64,000 nt of DNA from Methanothrix sp. (GTDB lineage: Archaea > Halobacteriota > Methanosarcinia > Methanotrichales > Methanotrichaceae): NCBI RefSeq assembly GCF_016706325.1, contig NZ_JADJJX010000001.1, forward strand, positions 1,072,899 to 1,136,898. The letters run 5' to 3'. A program made the translations under genes and the position numbers. The notes beneath the pieces are model-generated. The model saw only the letters and a list, made by a program, of their open reading frames with translations. It made no database searches and had not been told where the DNA came from. Positions 9,598-19,937 of the stretch are shown in pieces; within the stretch, counting starts at the first letter, position 1, and each line of letters starts with the position of its first letter.

Positions 9598-9755
9598 GAT
9601 CGAAGATCCTGCGGTGTGAGTCCTGTGCTCAATACACCTTAAAGGAGATCTGTCCCCTCTGCAGGGGCCGGGCCATTATAAGCAAGCCGGCGAGGTTCTC
9701 TCCTGACGATCCATATGGCAAGTACAGGAGAGCCCTGGCCTCGGAGGCAGAATGA
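9594..9755 (+). CDS. nop10: H/ACA RNP protein Nop10
   Basis: 53-aa ORF below the track cut-off: MRSKILRCESCAQYTLKEICPLCRGRAIISKPARFSPDDPYGKYRR. It overlaps the aIF2alpha stop and the next gene's start. Confidence 0.85.
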   Translation: MRSKILRCESCAQYTLKEICPLCRGRAIISKPARFSPDDPYGKYRRALASEAE

Positions 9756-10522
9756 AAGAGACCCTGGTTTTTCGCATAAAAGATATTGAACTTGTCGATC
9801 CGATTATGGTGGAAGGGCTGCCTGGTGTAGGCCACGTGGGAAAGCTGGTGGCCGATCATATGGTAGAAGAGCTGAACGCTGAGAAGGTCATAGAGATCTA
9901 TTCCCCCCATTTTCCTCCCCAGGTGATGGTGAAGGAGGACGGGACCATCAAACAGGTCAAGAACGAGATCTATGCGCGACGGGGAGAGGATGGCGGGCCC
10001 GATCTTCTGATCGTCATCGGCGACTACCAGAGTGCCACCAATGAGGGGCATTATGAGCTGGCCAGCATATACCTGGATATCGCCGAGAGCTATAAGGTTA
10101 AGCGGATCTATGCCCTGGGTGGCTATGGGACAGGCCAGTTCGTGGATAAGTCCTCAGTGATGGGCGCGGCCACCAGCCTGGAGCTGGTGGAGGAGATGAA
10201 AAGAGAGGGGGTCTTATTCCAGGAGAACGAGCCGGGTGGTGGCATCATAGGAGTCTCCGGGCTGTTGCTGGGCCTGGGAGCCTTGAGGGGGCTGGAGGTG
10301 GTCTGCCTGATGGGTGTTACCAGCGGCTATCTGGTCGACCCCAAAGCGGCCTCGGAGGTGCTGCGTGTTCTCTCCAGCATCCTGGGCATAGAGGTGGGGA
10401 TGCATGCCCTGGAGGAGAGGGCGAAGGAGATGGAGAAGATCATAGGCAAGCTCCAGGAGATGGAGCGGGCCCAATCTCCCTTCGATTCAGGTGGGGATGA
10501 GGATCTCAGATACATCGGATAG
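9752..10522 (+). CDS. PAC2-family proteasome assembly chaperone-like protein
   Basis: DPIMVEGLPGVGHVGKLVADHMVEEL N-terminal motif, 256 aa, in the conserved position after nop10. Confidence 0.7.
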   Translation: MKETLVFRIKDIELVDPIMVEGLPGVGHVGKLVADHMVEELNAEKVIEIYSPHFPPQVMVKEDGTIKQVKNEIYARRGEDGGPDLLIVIGDYQSATNEGHYELASIYLDIAESYKVKRIYALGGYGTGQFVDKSSVMGAATSLELVEEMKREGVLFQENEPGGGIIGVSGLLLGLGALRGLEVVCLMGVTSGYLVDPKAASEVLRVLSSILGIEVGMHALEERAKEMEKIIGKLQEMERAQSPFDSGGDEDLRYIG

Positions 10523-11831
10523 CCTGGTCGAATTCGCCCGCAGGCTGCTCAACCTGGCCCTTAAGCAGGGGGCGGAGGAGGCTGAGGTCTATGGAATGGT
10601 GGGGCGCTCTGTGGATGTCGACCTCAGGCGGGAGTATGTGGAGATGGCAAGCGAGAGCTACCACTCTGGCCTGGGATTGCGCGCCGTGGTCGGCGGCGCA
10701 GTCGGATTCTCCAGCAGCAGCGACATGAGCCAGTTGGAGTTCGTGGCCAAGAGTGCAGTGCGCTCGGCCAGGGCGCGGGGAAGGGATGACTCCTGGATCT
10801 CCCTGCCCCGTCCGGAGAGGGTGACTGAGCCAGAGGGGATCTATGACCGCCGGCTCGATCAGATCACTCCCGAGGAGTGCATCGATATTGCCGCTGGCCT
10901 GCTGGCCGGCTGCCAGGAGGTCCGGGGGGCGGAGCCGGTCTCCGGCGGAGTGGCCTGCGTCTCGGGCACGGGATTTGTGCTCAACTCCCAGGGTATAGAG
11001 CTGATGGAGACATCGACGCTGATGCAGGCCTCAATGGAGGCCATAGCCCGGGGAGAAGATGTGGCCACCGGAAGTGAGTTTTTCAATTCCCGCCGCCTGG
11101 AGCTGTCGATGGAGCCCGTGGGCCGGGCAGCAGGGGAATTGGCCCGGTCATCTCTGGGAGGAGTTCGGGGGGAGAGCGGAAGCTTTGATGTGCTGCTCAG
11201 GCCCCTGGCAGCGGCGGAGCTCTTGGAGGGCACTCTCTTAACCTCTTTGGAGGCGGATAACGTTCAGAAGGGGCGCTCTTCTCTTCGGGGCAGGGTGGGG
11301 GAGATGATAGCATCAGAGGACTTCATGCTCATAGATGATGGCCTTCTTCCCGCGGGGATAGACTCCTCCGCCTTCGATGGAGAGGGGGTGCCCTCTCAGA
11401 GGACAGTCCTGGTGGATGGGGGGGCGCTGAAGGGATTTCTCTATGACAGCTATGCCGCCGGGAAGGACGGCACCCATTCCACAGGAAACTCCGTCCGCTC
11501 CGGTTACTCCGATCTTCCCCGGGTGGGATCGAGAAACCTGATCGTCAGCTCTCCCTCTGCCCATGAGCTCCAGGCAGAGAGGGGAGGCTATCTCGTCCAT
11601 GGACTCATCGGCGCTCATACTGCCAATCCCATATCGGGCGACTTCTCAGTCGAGGCGCGCAATGCCTTCCGCCTCGCCCCGGGAGGGGAGGCGCAGCCGG
11701 TTCGCTCTCTCATGCTCGCCGGGAATATATTCGAAATCCTGCAGACGGTCGAGGTGGGCATTGACCGCCGATCTGTGGGCCCCATTGTCACCCCCTCATT
11801 GAAGGTCAGAATGAGGGTGGTAGGGAGCTGA
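10497..11831 (+). CDS. TldD/PmbA-family metallopeptidase (U62)
   Basis: About 445 aa. The C-terminal region GLIGAHTANPISGDFSVEA is typical of PmbA/TldD. Confidence 0.8.
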   Translation: MRISDTSDSLVEFARRLLNLALKQGAEEAEVYGMVGRSVDVDLRREYVEMASESYHSGLGLRAVVGGAVGFSSSSDMSQLEFVAKSAVRSARARGRDDSWISLPRPERVTEPEGIYDRRLDQITPEECIDIAAGLLAGCQEVRGAEPVSGGVACVSGTGFVLNSQGIELMETSTLMQASMEAIARGEDVATGSEFFNSRRLELSMEPVGRAAGELARSSLGGVRGESGSFDVLLRPLAAAELLEGTLLTSLEADNVQKGRSSLRGRVGEMIASEDFMLIDDGLLPAGIDSSAFDGEGVPSQRTVLVDGGALKGFLYDSYAAGKDGTHSTGNSVRSGYSDLPRVGSRNLIVSSPSAHELQAERGGYLVHGLIGAHTANPISGDFSVEARNAFRLAPGGEAQPVRSLMLAGNIFEILQTVEVGIDRRSVGPIVTPSLKVRMRVVGS

Positions 11832-11894
11832 GGGGAATAAAAGGGGAGAAGAGAGGAGAAGAATAAAGGAGAGGGGCAAAGGAGGGGATAAAGG

Positions 11895-12749
11895 ATGATC
11901 ATTGGAGGTCCGAGCTCCCAGCTTCTGGCGGGCAGGGTGGCAGCGGTTTTAGGGGAGGAGCTGGCGTTATGCGAGTACAGGACATTTCCCGATGGGGAGT
12001 CGTATACCCAGGTGGTGGCTTCACTGGAGGAGAGGGTGATCATAATCCAGTCCACCCCCACCGATCAGGATCTGGTCTATCTGCTGCAGCTACTGGATAT
12101 CTGCCAGGAGAGCAGCATCGACCTGGTCATACCCTACTTCGGCTATGCCCGCCAGGATAAGATCTTCAAGCCCGGCGAGCCCATGACCGCCAGGGCAGTG
12201 GCCACGGCTCTCAATCCCTTCCTGAGGAGGGGAAAAGTCCATCTGGTCAACATCCATGCCCCCTCCATCCTCTCCCATTTCTCCTGTCCAGCAGACAATC
12301 TGGATGCTACGCCGCTTTTGGCGGATAAGGTGGCCTCCTTGGGCCTGAAGGATCTGGTGGTCATATCCCCGGATAAGGGAGCAGTGGCCATGGCCCGGAC
12401 GGCGGCCTCTGCCCTGGGGGCGGACTGCGACTACCTGCAGAAGACCCGCCTTTCCGGCACTGAGGTCAGCATGGCCCCCAAAGAGATCGATCTCCGGAAC
12501 AGAGATGTGGTGATATTCGATGATATGATCGCCACGGGAGGGACCATGGCCACAGCCATAGAGATGCTGCGGGCACAGGGCGCAGCCCGGGTCTACCTGG
12601 CAGCAGTGCATCCCGTCCTCACCGGCTCAGCAGTCCTCAAGCTCTATCGCTCCGGGGTAGAGGGCATCCTGGCCACTGACACCCTGGACAGAGGAGTGAG
12701 CACCGTCTCTGTGGCACCGATAATTGCGAAGGCGCTGCTGAAGGGCTGA
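11895..12749 (+). CDS. prs: ribose-phosphate pyrophosphokinase
   Basis: YFGYARQDK and the PRPP-binding loop VVIFDDMIATGGT are present. 284 aa. Confidence 0.9.
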   Translation: MIIGGPSSQLLAGRVAAVLGEELALCEYRTFPDGESYTQVVASLEERVIIIQSTPTDQDLVYLLQLLDICQESSIDLVIPYFGYARQDKIFKPGEPMTARAVATALNPFLRRGKVHLVNIHAPSILSHFSCPADNLDATPLLADKVASLGLKDLVVISPDKGAVAMARTAASALGADCDYLQKTRLSGTEVSMAPKEIDLRNRDVVIFDDMIATGGTMATAIEMLRAQGAARVYLAAVHPVLTGSAVLKLYRSGVEGILATDTLDRGVSTVSVAPIIAKALLKG

Positions 12750-12834
12750 ACCTCAATCTCTTCGCTTAACAACGGTGTTCCAGGACCGCCCATAAGAGAG
12801 CAGAGGGCCGGATTTTAGATGGTTTGGCTAATGG

Positions 12835-13173
12835 CTAAGAGCCCCAGTGATAGCTCGTTCTCAGCCAGAAGAGGGCCATTCCCATGATAACCGTCCCCCC
12901 CAGGGATCTGGTCTTGAGGGCAAAGAGGAGGGTGGGTATGGCCACAAGCGACTTGCTCTGGAGCAGCTCCACATGGCGGGGCTCGCCGACCACAAACAGA
13001 TCGGAGAATATAAGGGCGCTCAGGATGGCCACTGGGACCAGGTCCAGCCATTCAATGAACCATTCGGGCAGCCTCCGCCGGGCCAGCCAGAGCAATGGGA
13101 ACCAGCGGGGGATGTAGGTGACCAGCCCCATGCCCAGTATAAGGAGCAGGTACTGGTATCCAGCCTCAGCCAT
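12835..13173 (-). CDS. azlD: branched-chain amino acid transport protein AzlD
   Basis: Small polytopic membrane protein directly after azlC. The likely start is MAEAGYQ at 13173, overlapping the azlC stop (ATGGCTGA). The track ORF extends to 13242. Confidence 0.7.
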   Translation of the reverse strand: MAEAGYQYLLLILGMGLVTYIPRWFPLLWLARRRLPEWFIEWLDLVPVAILSALIFSDLFVVGEPRHVELLQSKSLVAIPTLLFALKTRSLGGTVIMGMALFWLRTSYHWGS

Positions 13174-13948
13174 CAATCCCTCTCCTGCGGCGATCATATC
13201 TCTTGAGGGCGAATCCCAGGCTTGCCCCCAGCAGCGATGCAATGATGATGAATGAGTGGCCTGGATGGACGAGGGAGAGGGCCGCGGCCACCAGGCCGGT
13301 GATCAGGGCGGTGAAGGCATATATCCGCCCTTTGAGCTGAAATACAATCAGGCTGAGGAACATGGCGCTCAGAGCATAATCGATGCCAAAGCTCCCTGCG
13401 GCTATGAACTGGCCGCAGTAGCCTCCCAGGATGGTGCTGCCGATCCAGGCCAGGTTGGCAGTGTGATTGACCGCCAGCGCCCGGTAGGGATGCCAGCCGG
13501 CCTCCTTGAACCTGGCTATATTGACGGCAAAGCTCTCATCAGTGATTCCATAGGCATAAAGGGAGAGGAAGCTTCTGCTCAATCCCTGCAGGTGGACGGC
13601 AAGGGCAGAGCTCATCAGGATATGCCTGGAGTTGACGATGAAGGTGGTGAGGATGATGGATAGGGGTGAGGCTCCCAGGCCGAGCATCGCCACGGCGATG
13701 AACTGGGAGCTTCCGGCGAAGACCACAGCAGACATGAGGGCAATATCCAGAAGGCTGAGCCCCTCCTTTTGGGCCAGCACCCCAAAGGCCAGCCCCAGGG
13801 GGAGGTAGCCGATGCATATGGGCCAGGCAGCCTCAAGGCCCGCCCGAATCGATGCCCGCAGAGGCTCTTCTCCCTCTGCCAGTCGGGCCCGGGCGGGATC
13901 CGGCATTCCCTCTGCTGCAATAGCCGGAGTCGGTGGGCGGGCTTTCAT
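13166..13948 (-). CDS. azlC: AzlC-family branched-chain amino acid permease
   Basis: Polytopic membrane protein with an AzlC-like pattern (GYLPLGLAFGVLA..., FAGSSQF). The start is uncertain (13948 or 14002). Confidence 0.75.
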   Translation of the reverse strand: MKARPPTPAIAAEGMPDPARARLAEGEEPLRASIRAGLEAAWPICIGYLPLGLAFGVLAQKEGLSLLDIALMSAVVFAGSSQFIAVAMLGLGASPLSIILTTFIVNSRHILMSSALAVHLQGLSRSFLSLYAYGITDESFAVNIARFKEAGWHPYRALAVNHTANLAWIGSTILGGYCGQFIAAGSFGIDYALSAMFLSLIVFQLKGRIYAFTALITGLVAAALSLVHPGHSFIIIASLLGASLGFALKRYDRRRRGIDG

Positions 13949-14129
13949 AGGACACTCATCTGGATGAAGGAATATCTCATGTATGCTGGCCGATAACGCC
14001 ATTCAGTGACTTGAGAATAATCCCTCTCGAATCATGCTTCTCACCGGGGCGCGCCCTGCGTTCAGGCAGAAGAACCGGCACCATTCAATCTTTGTGCAGC
14101 TGGCTATCGAGCCCCTCCAGCCCGGGCAT

Positions 14130-14846
14130 TCACGCCCTCCATAGATCCGACTCCAGCTCATCCAGCGCCCTGATGACCCCCTCTGTGGCCATCTCTAAAA
14201 AGAGCCTCCCCTTCTCAGGGGTGGCCAGGGAGGGATCTCCCATGATCCCGTTTCCCATCAGGTGACGGACGCTTCTCAGTATGAGGAATCTGGGCCTTTG
14301 AGGAGAGTGCTTCCCGGGCAGTCCGGCCACCAGATCGCTGCGAATGGCCAGCATCATTGAGCTCTCTATCTCCCCTGCATGCCCGTCACCGGCAGTCTCC
14401 ACCGCCTTTGGATCGATCAGATCGAAGAGGGAGACCAGGCTGACAGAGAGATCACACTCCTGCAGGGCCATCTGACAGGCCTCCTTCAGGGCGGATATAT
14501 GCTGGCTTCCGGCATGGCCGGTGAGGATCAGAGCCCTCTCAAATCCGCTCTCCGCAAATGAGACCAGCAGATCTTTTACATACGCCCGCAGGGCATCATG
14601 GCCGACAGCAATGGTGCCGGGAAAGCCACGGGTGCTGCGACAGACGCCGTAATGAAGCGGTGGAGCGAGGAAAACGCCCCTTCTCTGAGCAGCCGCACGC
14701 GCCACCACCAGGGCCTCGATGGTATCGGTGAATACGGGAAGGTGGGGCCCGTGCTCCTCTGTCGCCCCCACCGGCAGGATCACTGTCCTGCTCTCCCTCT
14801 GGCCCTCCTCGATCTGGGGCCAGCTCATCTCCTCCAGCAGCTTCAT
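14130..14846 (-). CDS. creatininase-family amidohydrolase (ArfB-like)
   Basis: LPVGATEEHGPHLP and LTGHAGS motifs of the creatinine amidohydrolase fold. In methanogens this family includes the riboflavin/F420 pathway deformylase ArfB. Confidence 0.7.
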   Translation of the reverse strand: MKLLEEMSWPQIEEGQRESRTVILPVGATEEHGPHLPVFTDTIEALVVARAAAQRRGVFLAPPLHYGVCRSTRGFPGTIAVGHDALRAYVKDLLVSFAESGFERALILTGHAGSQHISALKEACQMALQECDLSVSLVSLFDLIDPKAVETAGDGHAGEIESSMMLAIRSDLVAGLPGKHSPQRPRFLILRSVRHLMGNGIMGDPSLATPEKGRLFLEMATEGVIRALDELESDLWRA

Positions 14847-17635
14847 ACCTCGATGCTCGCTCCTTCCAGGACATATCTCTCAGGCACCCTCAGGCCGTAG
14901 GCGGTGCTCCCCACAACCAGGGTGTAGTTTCCTTGCGGCATGGTATCGAACTGAGTGCCGCCAGCAATGGGTCCCTCAGTCGAGTACGGGAGGATCAGTG
15001 TGAACCGGCCATCGGAATCGGTGATATTGGACTGACTGTACTTGAAGAGCCTGTTCTGGTTGGTGAGGATGTCCACTGTTGCAGAGACCCTGGTTCCCGC
15101 TGTGGCGCTTCCGCTGACCACTGCTCCTGGCACATTCTCGAAGATCTTGACCCACTTCTGGCCGGAGGTAGTGACTGGGGTCTCTGACTCATGCACCAGC
15201 CGGAAGTGCTGCAGGGCCTCCAGGGGCACTCCGGAAACGGCGGGGCTGGTGGATCCGATCTCGGCCATGTATCCCTTCTCCCTGCTGGATTGGATGAACT
15301 CCTCCAGCTCAGTGCGGTTGCTGGTGATCTTGGGGGCCTGGGCAAGGACGGGAACCTCCACCCCTTCGCGGATCTCCTTCGGCAGGTAGGCCAATCCTAT
15401 CCCCTGGCTTCCATCCACCTCTGTTCCATCGAAGAAGAACATGCGTGCCGTCATGGACCTGAAGTAGGGCTCTCTGTAGAGATAGACCTGGCCGTAACCA
15501 TCTCCCTGCTCCTGCAGGAACCCTCCTAAGTAATTTGAACTGGATATGCCACTCCAGGCAGTCATGGCATAGAACTTCCCTGTGGCCATCTGATGGTCGA
15601 CCATCACATACCTGGTGTTCATATAGCGAGACCTGTTCAGGTCCAGCTCGGAGAGCACCTTCTCCGCCTGGGTCTCGTTCTCCGCCAGGAAGAAGGGAGA
15701 GGATCCAGGCGTTCCCAGTTTGACGCTTCCTATCCCCTGCTGGAAGGGGTTGGCATTGGGAATTCTGTGCCCCACCACCTCGATCAGATGGCCGTAATCC
15801 CACCAGGACATGACGCCATAGGCTGATTCCGGATATTGATACCTCCCGCTGGCCGGGCGCTGGTATTTCTCCCATAGATCCATTCCCGGGCTTGGGGTAT
15901 TATTCTGCAGCCAGGCAGTGGAGGTCAGCCAGTCCGAGTCCGGGCCGACGGCACTCTGGGCGAATTTAATGCTCCAGCTCATGCTGGGCATTATGATCAA
16001 TGCAAATATCAGTATGGCAGCGATGACCACCTTGAGGGCTGGCCAGATCGTCTTGCTGCCCTCCCCCTGCCTGATGATATCCAGATCCAGATTCTCAATT
16101 CCCACCTTCTGCATGGCCCATACCACCAGGAAAGCTGTCAGTATGGCCACATTGGCCCCATAGTAATAGGTGAACCTGTTCTGGGCGAGGGCCAGGACCA
16201 GGATGATCAGAGACCATGATATCATCGCTGTATCCACTGCTCTTGGGCTCCTGATATTCCGGGCGGCGAGCAGGATGAGGGCCAGGAGGGCAAAGGTGAA
16301 TGTGGTCAGGAGAAGGGCGATCATATCATCGGTCCGGACGAAAAATCCTCCGATCTCAAAGAAGCCCATGCCCGGGAAATAGGTGAGGACATTGCCCGGG
16401 CCGTTGCCGAACAGCGGTGAGGCCTCGGCAACAGTGGCCGCTCCTCCGGCCTTCTTCTGGAATATGGTGAATATCCCCATCAACAGGGGCCTGGTGAACT
16501 GGGGGAGGAAGAGATAGAATATGCCAGTGCCAAGGGCAACGGCGCCCAGCAGCACACCAGGATAGTAGTATCTGGCCAGGCCGCTCTCTTTGAGATAGCG
16601 GGAGAGGAAGGCGAAGACCAATGCCGCCGCCGCCCCAATCAGGAGGATGGTGGGCTGGAAGAGGCTGTAGTAATAATGATTGAATCCGTAGTAGGGTTTG
16701 ACGAAGGGGAGAATGGGAATGATCGCCGCCAGGAAGGCAATAGTGGTGATGATGCTCAGGTATTCAACGCTTCTGCCCTTCAGATGCTCGAAGATACACT
16801 GCCAGAAGACGAAGAACAGTATCACTCCCACGAACAGGAATCCGGACGACCAGGCATCGATATACAGCCCCAGGAAGATCCCTGCCAGGAAGGAGTAGAC
16901 GAGCGGGGCCTTGAATTTGGAGCAGTCCCCTCTGAGGGACTCGAAGGTCATGCGCCTTCCAGAGCGCAGAGCCAGCATCAGGAACATCATAGCCGCAGTG
17001 CTGAGCAGGATCTCCGCTGCATGGTGATCAGTGAATCCCAATGTGGTGCGACTGAATAACTGGCCGGGGATGACAGCGATGATCAATGCCGATATCAGTC
17101 CGCAGCTCTTGCCTGCCAGCTCCCTTCCAATGAAGTAGGCCGGGAAGACCAAGAGAGCTCCCAGAACGGCAGGCATGAGGGCTCCGACTGTGTCCACCAG
17201 ATGCATGCTGGGGTTGCCCAGGCCCAGGATCTCTGAGACGATGGCAATCGACCAGCTGTGAAAGGGGCCAAAATGCAAGACCGTTCCGCTGGGGAAGTTG
17301 GTCATGGGATCAAACCACATCCTCTGGTGGTTGATCACCACCCCCTTGGCCAGCATCATGTGATACCAGGCATCAGTCTCGCTGCTGAAGACGACGCCGT
17401 TCTCTGTAAATACATACTTCCAGTTGTAATAGGTGCGCAAAAAGAGCGAGATGGCAGCAGTCACAATCAATCCCACATACAGGAGGATATCGTTGTTCTG
17501 CCCGATGCCGGCCACGCCCTTTCTCTTGGCCTTCTTTTCCAGGGGGATGGGAGGAGCATCCTGCGGCCTGGCCTTCTGGCCAGAAGCTGCGGCTTTTTTG
17601 CCTTCATCACCCTTACCTACTGATCTGTTAGACAT
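14843..17635 (-). CDS. aglB: archaeal oligosaccharyltransferase AglB (STT3 family)
   Basis: 930 aa with a multi-TM N-terminal half and the WWDYG motif (VMSWWDYGHLIE). Confidence 0.9.
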   Translation of the reverse strand: MSNRSVGKGDEGKKAAASGQKARPQDAPPIPLEKKAKRKGVAGIGQNNDILLYVGLIVTAAISLFLRTYYNWKYVFTENGVVFSSETDAWYHMMLAKGVVINHQRMWFDPMTNFPSGTVLHFGPFHSWSIAIVSEILGLGNPSMHLVDTVGALMPAVLGALLVFPAYFIGRELAGKSCGLISALIIAVIPGQLFSRTTLGFTDHHAAEILLSTAAMMFLMLALRSGRRMTFESLRGDCSKFKAPLVYSFLAGIFLGLYIDAWSSGFLFVGVILFFVFWQCIFEHLKGRSVEYLSIITTIAFLAAIIPILPFVKPYYGFNHYYYSLFQPTILLIGAAAALVFAFLSRYLKESGLARYYYPGVLLGAVALGTGIFYLFLPQFTRPLLMGIFTIFQKKAGGAATVAEASPLFGNGPGNVLTYFPGMGFFEIGGFFVRTDDMIALLLTTFTFALLALILLAARNIRSPRAVDTAMISWSLIILVLALAQNRFTYYYGANVAILTAFLVVWAMQKVGIENLDLDIIRQGEGSKTIWPALKVVIAAILIFALIIMPSMSWSIKFAQSAVGPDSDWLTSTAWLQNNTPSPGMDLWEKYQRPASGRYQYPESAYGVMSWWDYGHLIEVVGHRIPNANPFQQGIGSVKLGTPGSSPFFLAENETQAEKVLSELDLNRSRYMNTRYVMVDHQMATGKFYAMTAWSGISSSNYLGGFLQEQGDGYGQVYLYREPYFRSMTARMFFFDGTEVDGSQGIGLAYLPKEIREGVEVPVLAQAPKITSNRTELEEFIQSSREKGYMAEIGSTSPAVSGVPLEALQHFRLVHESETPVTTSGQKWVKIFENVPGAVVSGSATAGTRVSATVDILTNQNRLFKYSQSNITDSDGRFTLILPYSTEGPIAGGTQFDTMPQGNYTLVVGSTAYGLRVPERYVLEGASIEV

Positions 17636-17786
17636 CAGAGCCCCAAAGACAGTTCTATCCTCTTAAACGTTTTGAATCATCCAGTGAGGCAGATGGCCAG
17701 TCAAGAAGATGACAAGCGAAGCAGATGAATGATAAGAACGATCTGGCAAGAGATCGAGTCCATGCCGATTGGATAGGAAGAGTTGA

Positions 17787-17860
17787 TGGGCCCGACGCGA
17801 TTTGAACGCGTGACCTCACGGTTATCAGCCGTGCGCTCAACCTGGCTAAGCTACGGGCCC
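17787..17860 (-). tRNA. tRNA-Ile (anticodon GAU)
   Basis: The minus strand reads GGGCCCG TA GCTTAGCCAGGTTGAGC G CACGG CTGATAA CCGTG AGGTC ACGCG TTCAAAT CGCGT CGGGCCC A. This folds into a full cloverleaf with a 7-bp acceptor stem and anticodon GAT. Confidence 0.9.
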
Positions 17861-18057
17861 GGTCCGCTCACTGCATTGCCGATCCCATTTATAACTGTTT
17901 CCCTGCAGTGAAGGCACACCGCCAGGATGGCAGGGGATCTGCGCGCCCCATCGAGGCAGTTGCAGGCTTGCGGACACTGGCCCGTTGAGCTTTTTTTCAG
18001 AGGCGGACAGGGGCACAGCTCCCCTCCTCGACAGCCTTAAATCAAGGCAAAGAGAGT

Positions 18058-18486
18058 ATGGCCTTGGTGTTTATGGACTCTAATAATAATGAAGATATCT
18101 ACGTCAAAGGGATTAAAGAGGATAAGGAGAATAAAGAGGATCTCGAAGGCCTCTATGATCTGGCCATACCCCTGAGCATGCCGATCACTGTAATACGCGA
18201 GCTGGTGGAGAAGTTCGATATCGAGCCTGTTTTGCGGCCGGCCAAGATGGATATGACCGGCGAGATGATGAACCGGGAGATACTGGTTCTGCGGGGAGAT
18301 CTGGAGACCGTCAGGGCAGCCGAGAAGTATATGTTTGAGGCCCTGGACAGAAAGCTTGCCGAGTGGAACAGAGGAGACAAGGAAGAGAAATACAGAAAAT
18401 ATTACGAGGAGCAGGCCCGTTTGAGGCTGAAGGAGGTAAAAGACAACCCAGAAGCTGTGAGCAATTGGGAGATCAGCCCCCAGTGA
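18058..18486 (+). CDS. hypothetical protein (possible NIL/ACT-like small domain)
   Basis: 142-aa charged protein. The central segment PITVIRELVEKFDIEPVLRPAKMDMTGE...ILVLRGDLETVRAAEKYM loosely recalls NIL domains. No firm assignment. Confidence 0.4.
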   Translation: MALVFMDSNNNEDIYVKGIKEDKENKEDLEGLYDLAIPLSMPITVIRELVEKFDIEPVLRPAKMDMTGEMMNREILVLRGDLETVRAAEKYMFEALDRKLAEWNRGDKEEKYRKYYEEQARLRLKEVKDNPEAVSNWEISPQ

Positions 18487-18513
18487 TGCTGCCTGCCTCT
18501 CATGCCGAGGGGA

Positions 18514-18873
18514 TCAGTCCAGCAGAACCCATTTGTTCTTTCCCTCCCAGAGCTTGAGGGAGCAGAGCCTGATCGATGTGGGCTCCATCTCCTTTTTCAG
18601 CCTCTCTGCAATCCACTGGGCGATCATCTCAGCAGTGGGATTGGGAAGGATATCGTTCAGACAGATGTGGTCCAGGGGCTCAATAGCAGAGCTCAGGATC
18701 TTCTTCAGCTCATAGAAGTCCATGACGAAGCCATCCGGCCCCACCTCCCCTTCCACCACCATCTCCACCTGGTAGGTATGGCCGTGCATGCAGGCACATT
18801 TTCCCTGATAGCCGGGCAGGCTGTGGGCGGCATCGAACTCCGTGACCAGTCCGAGCTTCATCCCGGGGTGCAC
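18514..18873 (-). CDS. queD: 6-carboxytetrahydropterin / 6-pyruvoyltetrahydropterin synthase family (QueD-like)
   Basis: The CACMHGHTY (CxxxHGH) zinc/catalytic motif is present. About 115-119 aa. Confidence 0.8.
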   Translation of the reverse strand: MHPGMKLGLVTEFDAAHSLPGYQGKCACMHGHTYQVEMVVEGEVGPDGFVMDFYELKKILSSAIEPLDHICLNDILPNPTAEMIAQWIAERLKKEMEPTSIRLCSLKLWEGKNKWVLLD

Positions 18874-19036
18874 CCCCGCCTTCTCCTGACATTGCCCCGC
18901 CGGTAGAGCACCTCATGTCGGCATAGAATTGCTGTAATCCTGGACATAAATCCCCTCTGCGAAGAGCAAGCCAGCAGCATGCTCTCTTGCCGCATGGCCG
19001 GACCAATGCCCCGGGCTTATTAATAGCTTTTCATGC

Positions 19037-19852
19037 TCAAAGACCGGCCGGCAGGCCCGCCAGGATCTTCAGAGCCTCCCTCTCCATGAAGTGCAGCTCT
19101 GCTGGAAGGAGCAGAATATGCAGGGGCCCGCCGAGATCGTAGCCCTGCAGGCGGGGGAGAAGGTCAGCCTTAACAGCAGCATCGGGAGCACCAGCGCGGG
19201 CGATTGCAACTGCAATTGCCTCCTGGAGGCCCTTTCCATTCTTCCCATTCTTCCCATTCTTCCCATTCTCATCGGCCTCCATCTCCAGGAGCAGGCCTGC
19301 CCCCTCATTTGCAGTCATATACCTCTCCTCTGGCTCCATCTGGATGTCCAGGAAGAGGATAGTATGCAGATTGCGGGCCTGGTTTTCCATCAGCACCTGG
19401 TAGGGGGTCTGGGAGACGATCCTGCGCCCGCGGGCGGTATAGGGAAAAGGGATGGTAGCCGAGCGGCCGAAGCGGTAGTTCTGCAGTCCACAGAGGCCGG
19501 ATACGGCTGTGGCAATGGAGCTGGCATGGATCAGATCGGTCTTGATCCCCAGCCTGATCGCTCTCAGCCTCAGGTCCAGATGGGTGGTGGAGACCATGGC
19601 ATCTCCGCCCGATAGAAAGGCGATATCCTTATCCTTCGCCTCCTCCAGCCAGGCGGGGTCTGCCTCCACCTCCTCCCGTGACAGGGTATGGATCCTCTTT
19701 CCATAGAGCGCCTCCATCCTCTCCCTGGTGGTTCCCATCAGCCGGGAGGTATAAAACTCGGCATAGACTGCATCAGCGGAGCGGATAGCCTCCAGCCCTT
19801 TGAGAGAGATGTCCCGCTCATCATAAAGCCCTAGACCTATGAAGTGGAGCAT
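19037..19852 (-). CDS. dphB: diphthine synthase
   Basis: [36 protein letters not shown]. Tetrapyrrole-methylase fold with an internal (NGK)n insertion. Confidence 0.85.
   Translation of the reverse strand: MLHFIGLGLYDERDISLKGLEAIRSADAVYAEFYTSRLMGTTRERMEALYGKRIHTLSREEVEADPAWLEEAKDKDIAFLSGGDAMVSTTHLDLRLRAIRLGIKTDLIHASSIATAVSGLCGLQNYRFGRSATIPFPYTARGRRIVSQTPYQVLMENQARNLHTILFLDIQMEPEERYMTANEGAGLLLEMEADENGKNGKNGKNGKGLQEAIAVAIARAGAPDAAVKADLLPRLQGYDLGGPLHILLLPAELHFMEREALKILAGLPAGL
19236..19270. repeat. 9-bp tandem repeat (ccattcttc, ~3.9 copies) inside dphB
   Basis: Read directly from the sequence. It encodes [14 protein letters not shown] on the minus strand. Confidence 0.9.
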
Positions 19853-19937
19853 GAGCTTTGCTGGTACTGCCTGCTTAAATATCTCCCTTCAGGGGCAGCA
19901 CGTCAGGTCTATATCCCATACCTGCAGAGTGAGGGGC

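Noticed and set aside
19236-19270. Short tandem repeats (here, 37745-37808 and 51131-51160) as possible CRISPR arrays
   Set aside because: The units are 9-16 bp and contiguous without spacers. Copy number is at most 4, and no cas genes are present in the window.
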